Source: Macrostomum lignano (Eukaryota). From it: a stretch of DNA of 64,000 bases. Every line of letters begins with the position of its first letter. Within the stretch, counting starts at the first letter, position 1. A model generated the notes under the pieces. It saw only the letters and a program-made list of their open reading frames with translations, searched no databases and had not been told where the DNA came from. The stretch is taken from contig NIVC01001890.1 of the NCBI GenBank assembly GCA_002269645.1, positions 1 through 64,000 on the forward strand. The letters run 5' to 3'. The position numbers were made by a program, and so were the translations under genes. Of this stretch, positions 35,094-47,420 are shown piece after piece.

Positions 35094-36229
35094 ATTTGCG
35101 ATTGCTACTATGAGTAGCTTGGCTACGCACAAATATACAGTTTGCTATTTATTAAGTCAAAAGGACGTTAAGACCGTAACATTAAGGGTTTATGGAACGC
35201 CAACAAGGTTTTTACCATAGACTGTCTCGCCGTGACAAACAACGTTTAGCCTTGAAGCATTCAATCCATTGTATAGACTGACTAGACTGATTTTATAAGC
35301 TTGTATACAGTCCACTTAATGGTCACTAATTAGGCCCACTAAATAAGTAAGCTCCACTTCTTGCTAAATTATCATATACGAAGTTCTAAGTGAAGTTCTA
35401 TTTTTTTCCTATTTAAAAAAACGTCACTAGTAATCTTCGATTTCTTGACTTTTATGTTTCAAGGCTGATGAAGTTGTAGTTGATTTTTCTGTTGGTAACT
35501 AGGCAAGATTTTAATAACTGTATCTAATACCATTTGCAGTTTTAAAAAATCCAAGTTTAAAAGTATTTTTATTTTTTTCGTTTTATAAAATCAATATAGT
35601 AAAACAAATATACTTTTTAGCTTCCACTTTGTTCTTTATTAAGTAATGAACAGTTTAAATTATTTTTTTAGATTGTTCGGCATTTCCTATTAGTAGCAGT
35701 ACCAGTACTAGCAATAAACCAGTCATTTGAAATAATACATTTTCTTAATTAATAGTTGTAATCTAACTTGTGCAAAAGCCAAAACTTTCATTCCTGCAAA
35801 CGTTTGTCAGCGTTTTGTATTAAATAATAAAAATGCTTTCAGTGCCTGAATATAACTTTTGCCCCATGTCGAGTATCATATTTTAAATTGCAAAAATATT
35901 GTTTTTTAATAAATATTGAATTATTATTCTCACATTTCTTCCCACAAATAATAGTGTCGATTATCCGGTAATTCCTATTTTAAGTAGTCAAAAATGCGCT
36001 TGTTTATTTTTTATTGAGTTCTTTTTATTATTATATTTCTATATTATCTTTACAATTACAAGCATTACGGAATGCAAAAATAAATAGCCTGGATTTACCA
36101 GGTTGACTAAATCTCTTGGTCCCGTGTCTGCTCGAGTATCGTGTTTGAATTTTAGCGCTTTTATGGTTTTATTACTTCCGTTTTCCTATAATTTGCATAG
36201 ATATTAACTCTAGGATTCGTTCTAATGGC

Positions 36230-36745
36230 ATGTGGCATAGAGTCTCCATATTCTAGTGGCATAGTCTCCATATTCTAGTGGCATAATAGTCTCCATATTC
36301 TAGTGGCATAGAGTCTCCATATTCTAGTGGCATAGAGTCTCCATATTCTAGTGGCATAGAGTCTCCATATTCTAGTGGCATAGAGTCTCCATATTCTAGT
36401 GGCATAGAGTCTCCATATTCTAGTGGCATAGAGTCTCCATATTCTAGTGGCATAGAGTCTCCATATTCTAGTGGCATAATAGTCTCCATATTCTAGTGAC
36501 ATAGAGTATCCATATTCTAGTGGCATAGAGTCTCCATATTCTAGTGGCATAGAGTCTCCATATTCTAGTGGCATAGAGTATCCATATTCTAGTGGCATAA
36601 TAGTCTCCATATCCTAGTGGCATAGAGTCTCCATATCCTAGTGGCATAGAGTCTCCATATTCTAGTGGCATAGAGTCTCCATATTCTAGTGGCATAGAGT
36701 CTCCATATTCTAGTGGCATAGAGTCTCCATATTCTAGTGGCATAG
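36230..36745. repeat. 24-bp minisatellite TAGTGGCATAGAGTCTCCATATTC
   Basis: Direct tandem copies (MPLEYGDS pseudo-ORF). Confidence 0.96.
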
Positions 36746-36764
36746 TAGAGTCTAATATCACAAT

Positions 36765-37035
36765 GACACAACACAAATGATACAATTCCAACACACAACT
36801 GACACAAATCCAACACACAACTGACACAAATCCAACACACAACTGACACAAATCCAACACACACCTGACACAATTACAACACACAACTGACATAATTACA
36901 ACACACAACTGACACAATCCAACACACAACTGACACAAATCAAACACATAACTGACACAATTACAACACACAACTGACACAAATCCAACACACAACTGAA
37001 ACAATTACAACACACAACTGACACAATTACAACAC
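36765..37035. repeat. 22-bp minisatellite ACACACAACTGACACAAATCCA
   Basis: Tandem copies ending ~10 bp before the PFDN6 start. Confidence 0.9.
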
Positions 37036-37044
37036 CAATCATTC

Positions 37045-37428
37045 ATGCCCATGGCTGAAGGCATTGAGAAACGCTTCCAAGCGGAGGTAGAGAAATTGAA
37101 AGCTCTGCACGCTGAGCTAAGCAAAAGTGTACAAGCTGTACAGAAGCTGGAATCGCAAATGCAGGAGAACAAGTCGGTGCAAGAGGAGATGGAGCTACTG
37201 GGTTCCGATGCCGTCATCTACAAGCTCGAAGGTCCCGTACTAGTTAAACAGGACACCGCGGAAGCGTTGCAAAATGTTGGCAAACGAATCGGCTACATTA
37301 AAGAGGAATCGAAGCGTCACGAAACTCAAATTAAAGATTTGGAGAAGAAGCGTGAAGAGCTTCAATCTGCGCTGGCCCGACTGCAGCAGCAGTTTCAGCA
37401 GGCGCAAGTTAAAGCGGCTGCTAGATAA
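37045..37428 (+). CDS. PFDN6: Prefoldin subunit 6, single coding exon (start may be 37051)
   Basis: KLESQMQENKSVQEEM, IYKLEGPVLVKQD, A.QNVGKRIGYI..E.KR match prefoldin beta subunit 6. Confidence 0.95.
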   Translation: MPMAEGIEKRFQAEVEKLKALHAELSKSVQAVQKLESQMQENKSVQEEMELLGSDAVIYKLEGPVLVKQDTAEALQNVGKRIGYIKEESKRHETQIKDLEKKREELQSALARLQQQFQQAQVKAAAR

Positions 37429-37909
37429 ATAAGCGGTTGTGTAGTTAATTGACTGACTGACTGATAGCTTAGCTTGATTAATAAGTTCTCAGCTTACATA
37501 TACCGGTATATATAATATTCTATGGAAGTAGGTGTATCGTTTGAGTAAACAAGCATTAATTGTTTTTTTTAATTTCAAATAAAACTATTTGTTGGCCTTT
37601 GTTGAATAACATTTTCCATCTGCGTATTATTATTTAATTTTGTCATGATTATTACTTATAGGCCTTAGATTAATTAGTTAATTGATCAAATTTTTATGGT
37701 GTAGCCGCAGGTCGTTAGGCCACTGGATCAGTACCCATAGTTTTGTGGAGAGAAATTTGCACCATTTCACAGGAAGTTATATTGAATACCATACAGTAAG
37801 TGAAATTTAGCTATTAATTAATAATGCAAATTCTGTCAGCTAGTTTTCATATTTTATTCGTTTAACTTTGCGTTTGGCTGAGATCTTGCTTAAACACACA
37901 TTTAAGCTA

Positions 37910-38006
37910 GGCAGACAAACTGACAGACAGACAGACACTGAGACACTAACACAGACAGACAGACATATAGATAGACAGACAAACAGATAGATAGACAGGC
38001 AGACAA

Positions 38007-38045
<39 letters not shown>

Positions 38046-38050
38046 CACAC

Positions 38051-38097
<47 letters not shown>

Positions 38098-38154
38098 TAC
38101 ATACAGACACACAGACAGACAGACAGACAGACAGACACACAGACAGACAGACAC

Positions 38155-38185
<31 letters not shown>
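37910..38185. repeat. (CAGA)n microsatellite
   Basis: Direct reading. Confidence 0.97.
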
Positions 38186-38454
38186 CGAGTCTATATTAAT
38201 TAACCAGTATTATCCAGCGTTTGCGCTAGTAGAGCTAACAAGCACCCCCACCTCTAGTTGTCGGTATTCAGTTGGTTGCTGAGACTAATCTACATTATTT
38301 GCGAGTAGAAGTCCTAAGCTGGTCACTCTGTGCATTTCTTGCTACCCTTGAGACAAGTCTCTAGCCACTAAAAATGAATAGAAGTTACAATAATAAAACG
38401 CATAACAACTTCATGTCCACTGTCAACAATCCCTGAACTAGCTAAGATCAAGAG

Positions 38455-41400
38455 ATGGATCCAATCCAATGCGAACATCTAGTAGCTTCGGCCGCGGCCG
38501 AGGAGCGAACCTGTCCAGTTTGTCTAGAAGAGATCGACTGCGCCAGAGTGCTGGACTGCGGACACTGCATGTGCGACACCTGCGCTGTCCGTTATTGTAG
38601 AAATCTACTTGGTAGAAAGCGACCTACTATTAGTAGTCTGCTAGTTGTTGGTCCGGTTGCTTGTCCGAAATGTCGCGACGTTAGTCTGGTAGCGTTGGAC
38701 TCGGCTAAGTCTTTGGTTGGCCTGCCGGAGACTGGGAAACTGACCGCTCTTGTGTCGGTTTGTCAAGGATTTGTCAACAATCCCAGTCTGTTTCTTGGAA
38801 TTGAAGAGGACGTGACGGAGGATTGCGAAGAAGAACTGAGCGACGGTGAAGGCGGCAGAATTACTGGCGACGGTGATCTGGAGGCTAGGTAGGTTTTATT
38901 ACACTTGCAATGGTATATGTTTTCTATTGTCTTGGATCTATAGACAGACAAGCTCTCTAACAGTGATCTATAGACACTAGCAGGCTCTTTAACAGTGATC
39001 TATAGACAGGCGGGCTCTCTAACAGTGATCTATAGACATGCAGGCTCTTTACCAGCGATCTATGGGCACTAATAACAGGCTCTTTAACAGTGATCTATAG
39101 ACACTAGCAGGCTCTTTAACAGTGATCTATAGACACTAACAGGCTCTTTAACAGTGATCTATAGACACTAGCAGGCTCTTTAACAGTGATCTATAGACAG
39201 GCGGGCTCTCTAACAGTGATCTATAGACATGCAGGCTCTTTACCAGCGATCTATGGGCACTAATAACAGGCTCTTTAACAGTGATCTATAGACACTAGCA
39301 GGCTCTTTAAAAGTGATTTATAGACAGGCGGGCTCTCTAACAGTGATCTATAGACACTAGCAGGCTCTTTAAAAGTGATCTATAGACAGGCGGGCTCTCT
39401 AACAGTGATCTATAGACACTAGCAGGCTCTCTAACAGTGATCTATAGACACTAACAGTCTCTTTAACAGTGATCTATAGACACTAGCAGGCTCTTTAAAA
39501 GTGATCTATAGACAGGCGGGCTCTCTAACAGTGATCTATAGACACTAGCAGGCTCTCTAACGGTGATCTATAGACACTAAGTCTCTTTAACAGTGATCTA
39601 TAGACACTAGCAGGCTCTTTAAAAGTGATCTATAGACAGGCGGGCTCTCTAACAGTGATCTATAGACACTAGCAGGCTCTCTAACGGTGATCTATAGACA
39701 CTAAGTCTCTTTAACAGTGATCTATAGACACTAGCAGGCTCTTTAAAAGTGATCTATAGACATGCAGGCTCTTTACCAGTGATCTATAGACACTAATAAC
39801 AGGCTCTTTAACAGTGATCTATAGACATACATGCTCTCTAACAGTGATCTATGGACGGGTGGTGATCTACAGACAAATATCTTCTATTAAAGTTATCTAA
39901 AAACTTGCTCTCTAACAAATTTGATCCATAGACAGGAATATTCTCTGACAGAGGCCTATAGAGGCGGTGCATTCTGAATTAGCAGTAGTATTCTTTATGC
40001 ACAAATTTTCAAAGCCATTCACCTCGCAACCAGACTGCAGGCCCGTCTCCAGTCGGCCGGCCAGGAGCTGTCCAATCTGCGTCAGGAGTCGCGCAATCTG
40101 CGCCAAGAAATTCGAGCCCAAGCTTCAATGGCCGCCGCTGAAACCGAAACGGAAACCGAAAATTCGAACGAGGCAGAAGCGATCGATTCGCTGGTTCGAC
40201 GTCTATCGTCGATTTTCTCCGGCCCAGCCGATCGACTTGTCCGTCGTCAAGAGGCCGCCAGGCTGCGTTTAGAAGCCGCTTGGCTTCGGCTTCGTTGCCT
40301 ACAATTTGCTCGCAGTTGCTATGGCAACGGTTTCCTAGGCAATTTTGCTGAAGCTTGGCGAACTGTTGCTTCAAATTCGGCCGAAGTTAAACGGGCCGCC
40401 GATCCGACTGCTTGGGATGATGCAGCTTTGCAGCTTCGTCGGGACTCTTTTGTTGCTTGGGCAATCGCCGTTGCTAAGGACGCTAGTAAAGATGGTGCCC
40501 TGGATTCTGAGGAGACTGTGACAGCTGCTGTAGCCGCGGCCGCTGCTGCTGCCGCCACTGATAGGTCTGGAGCGGCTGGCGCTACCGGGACCTTGAGTCC
40601 GGTATCAGCTGAAGGTCAAGGACGCATAGTTCAAACTAAACTGCTGTGGCGAGTGGGTCGTGGGGGCGAAGGGCCGCTGGAGTTCCGCTGGCCAGTGCAC
40701 GCTAATTTTGTGTCGAACGATCGCGTGGCCGTCTGCGATAAGAATAACTGCAGGGTGCAGCTGCTGAGCTTGAAGACTGGGGAGTTCATACAGTTTATGG
40801 GCAGCGGCTGCTTGAAGCCGAGGCGGATTCTGCAGGTGAGAACAGAATCAGATGCCTATATTATTGTGTACTTCATCATCCTAAAATCTACAACTCCATA
40901 AACTTTCAGAGTCAAAACGGCAAATTCTACGTTTGCGATGAGAATGCAGCCTGCGTGAAAGTGTTCAACGAGCAGTTGGAGCTGGTTGGCAGACTGGGAG
41001 ATGGCATCTTTCACTGTCCGTCGGGTGAGAGTTGGTGTACTTTTAATTTGGCCTCTGTCGCCCTCCCAGATCATCAGTTCCTGGGCCACCAGCCTCCCAG
41101 ATCCTCAGTTTCTGGGCCAGCCTCCAGATCCTCAGTTGCTGGGCCAGCCTCCCAGACCCTCAGTTGCTGGGCCAGCCTCCCAGACCCTCAGTTGCTGGGC
41201 CAGCCTCCAGATCCTCAGTTGCTGGGCCAGCCTCCCTGGTCCTCAGTTGCTGGGCCAGCCTCCCAGATCCTCAGTTGCTGGGCCAGCCTCCCTGGTCCTC
41301 AGTTGCTGGGCCAGCCTCCCAGACCCTCAGTTGCTGGGCCAGCCTCCCAGACCCTCAGTTGCTGGGCCAGTCTCCCAAATCCCAGTTTCTGGACCAGTCT

Positions 41401-43056
41401 CCCAGATCCTCAGTTTCTGGGCCAGCCTCCAGATCCTCAGTTTCTGGGCCAGCCTCCAGATCCTCAGTTGCTGGGCCAGCCTCCCAGACCCTCAGTTGCT
41501 GGGCCAGCCTCCCAGACCCTCAGTTGCTGGGCCAGTCTCCCAAATCCCAGTTTCTGGACCAGTCTCCCAGATCCTCAGTTTCTGGGCCAGCCTTCCAGAT
41601 TCTCGTTGCTGGGCCGGGCCAGCCCCTCAATTTCCATTCCCAGGCATTTAATAAAGTCACCCAGAAGAATCAATGTCATTCAAACTAACCGCAGGCATCG
41701 CCGAGACACGCAACGGTCACATAGTGCTGTCAGATCTGGACCACGCATTCGTGGTGGTCATCAGCCCGGACACCGGGGAGATTGTGCGCAAATTCCACAC
41801 CCGCCTGGCAGGCGATGACTATATTCCGTCGCCGCATTTCGTATCGTTGGACGATGACGATTTCATATTGGTGTCCGACAGTTTGAATAATACTGTTAAG
41901 GTAGATTCTCTATGCGATTGTGTACTTACTGAATGCACGATTTATCAACAGACTGGCTGTCAGACAGAAACAGCAGACAGCCAGGCGGACACAGCAAACA
42001 GGCAGGCACAGCAGATAGGCAGGCACAGCAGATAGGCAGACACACATCAGATAGGCAGACACACATCAGATAGGCAGACACAGCAGACAGACAGACAGGC
42101 AGACACAGCAGATAGGCAGGCAGACACAGCAGACAGACAGGCAGACACAGCAGACAGGCAGACAGCAGACAATTAGACAGACAGTCAGGGAGACACAACA
42201 GAGAGCAAACAGACACAGCAGACTGTCAGACAGACAGAGAGACTGGCAGACAGCAGACAATTAGACAGACAGGCAGGGAGACACAACAGAGGGCAGACAG
42301 ACACAGCAGACTGTCAGAGAGACTGGCAGACAGCAGACAATTAGACAGACAGGCAGGGAGACACAACAGAGGGCAGACAGACACAGCAGACTGTCAGACA
42401 GACAGGCAGGAAGACACAACAGAGACAGACACAGAGGGCAAACAGACACAGCAGACTGTCAGACAGACAGGCAGGAAGACACAACAGAGACAGACACAGA
42501 GGGCAGACAGACACAGCAGACTGTCAGACAGGCAGAGAGACACAACAGAGACAGACACAGAGGGCAAACAGACACAGCAGACTGTCAGACAGACAGGCAG
42601 GGAGACACAACAGAGACAGACACAGCAGACTGTCAAACAGACAGGCAGGGAGACACAACAGAGACAGACACAGAGTACAAACAGACACAGCAGGCTGTCA
42701 CAGCAGACTCCCTTCTACCGCAACAGATCTTCGATCCGCGCGGCCGAATCTCCGGCCGAATCCGCGGCTTTAAATGTCCCCGCGGCCTGGCCGTGGACCA
42801 CCGCGGCAACCTGCTAGTAGTGAACGCCGACACCCACTCGGTGTCGCTGTTCACCAGCCTTGGCAAGCATCTGCAGCTAGTGCTGTCAGCTCGAGACGGG
42901 CTGAACTTTCCAATGTCGGCCGCCTTCGACAAGGACCGACACCAGCTGTTGTTGACGCAGTGCAACGTCTATGGCCAGTGCGAGGTTCTGCTGTACCAGA
43001 TGGAGTATCTGGACAACGAGGTAGACGACGTCAAGGACGCCATCAAAGACGTTTAA
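38455..43056 (+). CDS. RING - coiled coil - NHL repeat E3 ubiquitin ligase (TRIM-NHL-like, no clear B-box), 5 exons, ~645 aa
   Basis: Exons 38455-38888, ~39983-40835, 40910-41024, 41695-41900, 42727-43056; phases 2/0/1/0 are consistent. C3HC4 RING CPVC..CGH.MC..C..CPKC; NHL blades LEFRWP..VAVCDKNNCRVQLL, FYVCDENAACVKVF, FHCPSGIA, SPHFVS..ILVSDSLNNTVKIF, FKCPRGLAVD, LNFPMSAAFD. The exon 2 acceptor is ambiguous (tandem NAG). Confidence 0.85.
38935..39855. repeat. ~32-bp minisatellite AACAGTGATCTATAGACACTAGCAGGCTCTTT in RING-NHL intron 1
   Basis: Direct tandem copies with higher-order variants. Confidence 0.95.
41070..41600. repeat. 28-bp minisatellite CTGGGCCAGCCTCCCAGATCCTCAGTTG in RING-NHL intron 3
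   Basis: Direct tandem copies; same family as 48060-48330. Confidence 0.93.
41945..42705. repeat. Degenerate CAGA/GACA-derived compound satellite in RING-NHL intron 4
   Basis: Recurrent GACACAGCAGACTGTCAGACAGACAGGCAG units. Confidence 0.85.
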
Positions 43057-44004
43057 GTAGACGAGGGAACTAAGAAGACAATACTGTTTTGAAACTGAAC
43101 ATCATCTTCTATGCATATATACTACTTACTATAATCGACCTAAGTGCGGTAGTATCGGTTGAGAAAATATGTAATATAAATCATTTCTTCGTCTTTTGCA
43201 GGCATTGTGAAAATTTCAGCATTTTCTCATGGGTGACATTTCGCATACTATTACGACTGTTTTTTTGTTTGTTGTGATCGTGCACTGCATCATGATTGAT
43301 TAATTCAAGAACTTTTATCACTTTTTTCAACTATTCGCTGTTATTAATCAGTAGCTAGGACTGTAGCACCCAACCGACCTTGGCTTGAATAAAAATATTT
43401 CCGACGAATGTTGCGTCATTTTCGTACACCTAATCGATATTAATTAGTAGTAGTAGCAGCAGCACACTGAAATCGTGTCGCGTCATTATTTTTTTAAAAC
43501 CTTAATGACTACGTGAGTCACTACAATAACCCGATTATCAACACTATTCGCTATGCGTCCATCTCTGTACAATTTGAATTACTGTATATTCTTTTCAATC
43601 TTATCCAAAAAATTCATACCTACATATACTCTTAGTGTTTTGTCATTGCCTCAATCAGTGTAGATATAGTAAACCTGTCTAATTCATGAAATAAAATTCG
43701 ATGCCATTTTACATTATGAAAATCGACAACTCAAAAAATAGGGAAAAGCTGAATTTAAGTCATTTATTGATTAAGGACAACAAATCATTCATCTTATTTC
43801 GAAATTGAAAAACTCCACAACATGAAATTTGAGTTTTATATTTATTAATTCTAGTTTGGCTCGCAAGCCAGGAAGAATTCAACTGATTTTACAATTTACG
43901 CCATGAACGATGAAAAACCTTTTTGACTAGGCTTTGGGTAACTGGGTTTGTTATTGGCTTTGCGCTGATTCGGTTTGGCATGTTCTCGTGCTGGTCGCCT
44001 GGCC

Positions 44005-44360
44005 ACTCGGGGTGGTTCAGGGGCGATTCTCAGGGTGTTTCAGGGGCGATTCTTAGGGTGGTTCAGGGGCGATTCTTAGGGTGGTTCAGGGGCGATTCTC
44101 AGGGTGTTTCAGGGGCGATTCTCAGGGTGGTTCAGGGGCGATTCTCAGGGTGGTTCGGGGGCGATTCTCAGGGTGGTTCAAGGGCGATTCTTCGGGTAGT
44201 CAAGGGGCGATTCTCAGGGTAGTCAAGGGGCGACTCTTAGGGTGGTTCAGGGGCGATTCTTAGGGTGGTTCAGGGGCGATTAGGGTGGTTTAGGGGCGAT
44301 TCTTAGGGTCGTTTAGGGGCGACTCTTAGGGTGGTTTAGGGGCGATTCTTAGTGTGGTTC
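44005..44360. repeat. 23-bp minisatellite GGGGCGATTCT(C/T)AGGGTGGTTCA
   Basis: Direct tandem copies between the convergent RING-NHL and GOSR2 3' ends. Confidence 0.92.
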
Positions 44361-44743
44361 AGATTGTTTTATTATTCAATGAGAAAAGCGAACAAGGAAT
44401 GATAAATTTTCGCACCGTAATGAGTGACAATTGCTAATCAAATCAACAGTCAAAGACAGACACTTTCAAAAGAAAACGAATATCTATTAAAACTAATTTT
44501 AATCAGTATGGCCCAACTCCTAAGACAGCAGCATATTATGAATACTAATAGTACTTGTAATAAAATCAATAATTACCAGCTCTAGTGACAGAAAGTATTT
44601 ATTAAATAATTATTTCACCGTAGCCGCATACTGAGAGAATGCAATAAGTTAATCATAAAATAAGGTTAGAATTCTTTGCATCATTCAAAACTCAATCTTA
44701 CCAACTCTACTCATAGTAGTATGTAATAATGAAGTGCAGCTAT

Positions 44744-45860
44744 TTAGCTATAGTGCCGCCACACTAAAAACATAATCAACAGGGTGACAAAACAGCCAAC
44801 AAAAAATAGAGCTTTGTCCTGCGACCCTCGGCGTTCAATTAGTCGCATCAGAGTGCCCGACAAGCCCAGGGTGTTAAGCACGCCCAGCATGCCGCGATGC
44901 GCTCGTTTCAGCATTGCCCGCTGATCGCCCAAATTGTCTAGCACTGAACGGCCCTGCGCTAGCATATCGTCTACTCGCTTATTAGCGGTATTTAAACTGT
45001 CATTGTGAGCCAGTGAGCGATCGATTAGCACCGAAGTAGAGTCGTTTGGCGTAAATGAAGTACGCAATAGAGCCTCGCGTTCGCGCTCCTCGTTCTCGCG
45101 GGCGACGCTGAAATTTCGGGTAGATAAGGCGTGGGATTGAATTATTAATCTAATCATGCACCCACCCCATTTTAACTGTTTTATTGACCGCCAAGTACAA
45201 CTGAGACAGAACCTTACACCGACACCACTCCGCCTGTTTATTACACCCACCAAGCCAAACTCAGACAGAACTAACACCCACCCACTCCGCATGTTTATTA
45301 CCCCCGCCAAGCCAAACTCAGACAGAACCAACACCCACTCCGCTCCGCCTGTTTATTACCCCCGCCAAGCCAAACTGAGACAGAACCAACACCCACCCAC
45401 TCCGCATGTTTATTACCCCCGCCAAGCCAAACTCAGACAGAACCAACACCCACTCCGCTCCGCCTGTTTATTACCCCCGCCAAGCCAAACTGAGACAGAA
45501 CCAACACCCACCCACTCCGCATGTTTATTACCCCCGCCAAGCCAAACTCAGACAGAACCAACACCCACTCCGCTCCGCTCACCGCCTATGCTGCAGTTGT
45601 CTCAGACTAGCCTGCAAATGCTGACAATCGTAACGAAATTGATCGGCACGCAATTTAGCCTGCTGCCTACGCACTGCCGGCTGTTTGCCAACAAGAATAT
45701 CGAGCCTGTCGCATTCGGAACAGAATCGATCTATTAAGCATTGGGCCTCGCGTTCGGCGGCCGGGGCGGCGTCCTGTGGACTTTGTTCGACTCGTTGTAG
45801 GGCGGCTTCGATTTCTCGGATTAATCGAGACGTCTGTTGAAATTGCTGATCAATGCTCAT
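44744..45860 (-). CDS. GOSR2: Golgi SNAP receptor complex member 2 (membrin/GS27, Qb-SNARE), 2 exons, 213 aa
   Basis: Exons 45583-45860 and 44744-45107 (phase 2). KLRADQFRYDCQHLQASL, EREREALL, VDDMLAQGRSVLDNL.DQRAMLK, LNTLGLSGTLMRLIERR, C-terminal TM helix. Confidence 0.95.
45170..45580. repeat. ~55-bp minisatellite CCGCCAAGCCAAACT...TGTTTATTAC in the GOSR2 intron
   Basis: Tandem copies; related to 46600-47345. Confidence 0.9.
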
Positions 45861-46599
45861 TTGGTGGGCTTCTCTTTTGTCTGTCTAACAACATGAATTC
45901 AACAATATAGTTTTGTTTAAGTTATACACATTAGATTATACACTTACGTATTTCTAACTTCTACCCTACTGGCTGCTGCTAATCATATGAAAAAAAATAA
46001 AAAAACTCGTAAGCCACAATCCGTTCCAGAAAGAAAAAATCATAAACAGTAACTTGTATATTATATATTTAAGTTTCCCAGGCACCAAAAAAACATCTCT
46101 CATTAGGAATAACATTTTTATGGTTAATTATAATTTCAAAACACACGCGAACAGAAACAAACCGAAAAAATGACCCTCGCACTAAAAACACAGACTTCGT
46201 AATAGGCGAATGAACAATGCGATTTTAACCTGTCCAAGTTTTTTAATAAGATAAATTATTTTTTACTTTGAGTAACGTAATAATAATAATGACGCCGACT
46301 AAACGTCTAAGGGGTGGATTATATAGCAAATAGATATAGAGAGTTGAGACCAACCAACACAACAACAGCAAGAGCAGTTCACAACTATAACAAACGACAC
46401 AACGGAAATCAGTCAGTCTAAAACAAAAACAGTTAACTGAGTCTATTCCAATTTGTTTAAATCTCAGAATTCAACTGCACCTTTTTTACCTCCGTTTTCA
46501 AAAAAGATGGATGAACATTGTATTAAGGAATCAATTTACACATTGCTCCTTTAGCAGTTCAGACAGCCTAGATAAGCACCCATCCAACTCCGACAAGCT

Positions 46600-47345
46600 T
46601 AAAATAGAGCACCCACCCCACTCCGGCTTTTTATTACTCCCCCGCCAAGCAAAACTGAGGCTAACCCAACACCCACCTCCGCTTGTTTATTACTCCGCTC
46701 CGCCAAGCCAAACTGAGGCTAACCCAACACCCACCTCCGCTTGTTTATTACTCCCCCGCCAAGCCAAACTGAGGCTGACCCAACACCCACCTCTGCTTGT
46801 TTATTACTCCGCCCCGCCAAGCCAAACTGAGGCTAACCCAACACCCACCTCCGCTTGTTTATTACTCCGCTCCGCCAAGCCAAACTGAGGCTAACCCAAC
46901 ACCCACCTCCGCTTGTTTATTACTCCCCCGCCAAGCCAAACTGAGGCTGACCCAACACCCACCTCTGCTTGTTTATTACTCCGCTCCGCCAAGCCAAACT
47001 GAGGCTGACCCAACACCCACCTCTGCTTGTTTATTACTCCGCTCCGCCAAGCCAAACTGAGGCTGACCCAACACCCACCTCTGCTTGTTTATTACTCCGC
47101 TCCGCCAAGCCAAACTGAGGCTGACCCAACACCCACCTCTGCTTGTTTATTACTCCCCCGCCAAGCCAAACTGAGGCTGAACCAACACCCACCTCCGCGT
47201 GTTTTTTACTCCCCCGCCAAGCCAAACTGAGGCTGAACCAACACCCACCTCCGCGTGTTTTTTACTCCCCCGCCAAGCCAAACTGAGGCTGACCCAACAC
47301 CCACCTCCGCGTGTTTTTTACTCCCCCGCCAAGCCAAACTGAATT
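46600..47345. repeat. ~55-58-bp minisatellite CCGCCAAGCCAAACTGAGGCT..CCCAACACCCACCTC.GCTTGTTTATTACTCC between SRP68 and GOSR2
   Basis: Direct tandem copies. Confidence 0.92.
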
Positions 47346-47420
47346 CCCAGCCGGGACGGAATCCAAATCCTACGCTTAAAGTTAGGGGTAAATAAAAGGT
47401 GCAATAACACTTCTCTCCAA

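Noticed and set aside
34740-35110. Minus-strand frame with several in-frame TGA codons (selenoprotein-like)
   Set aside because: It is the antisense of the Ser(TCA)-rich paralog B ORF; no start codon or SECIS seen.
44005-44360. Interstitial telomeric repeat
   Set aside because: TTAGGG occurs only singly inside some 23-bp units, never in tandem.
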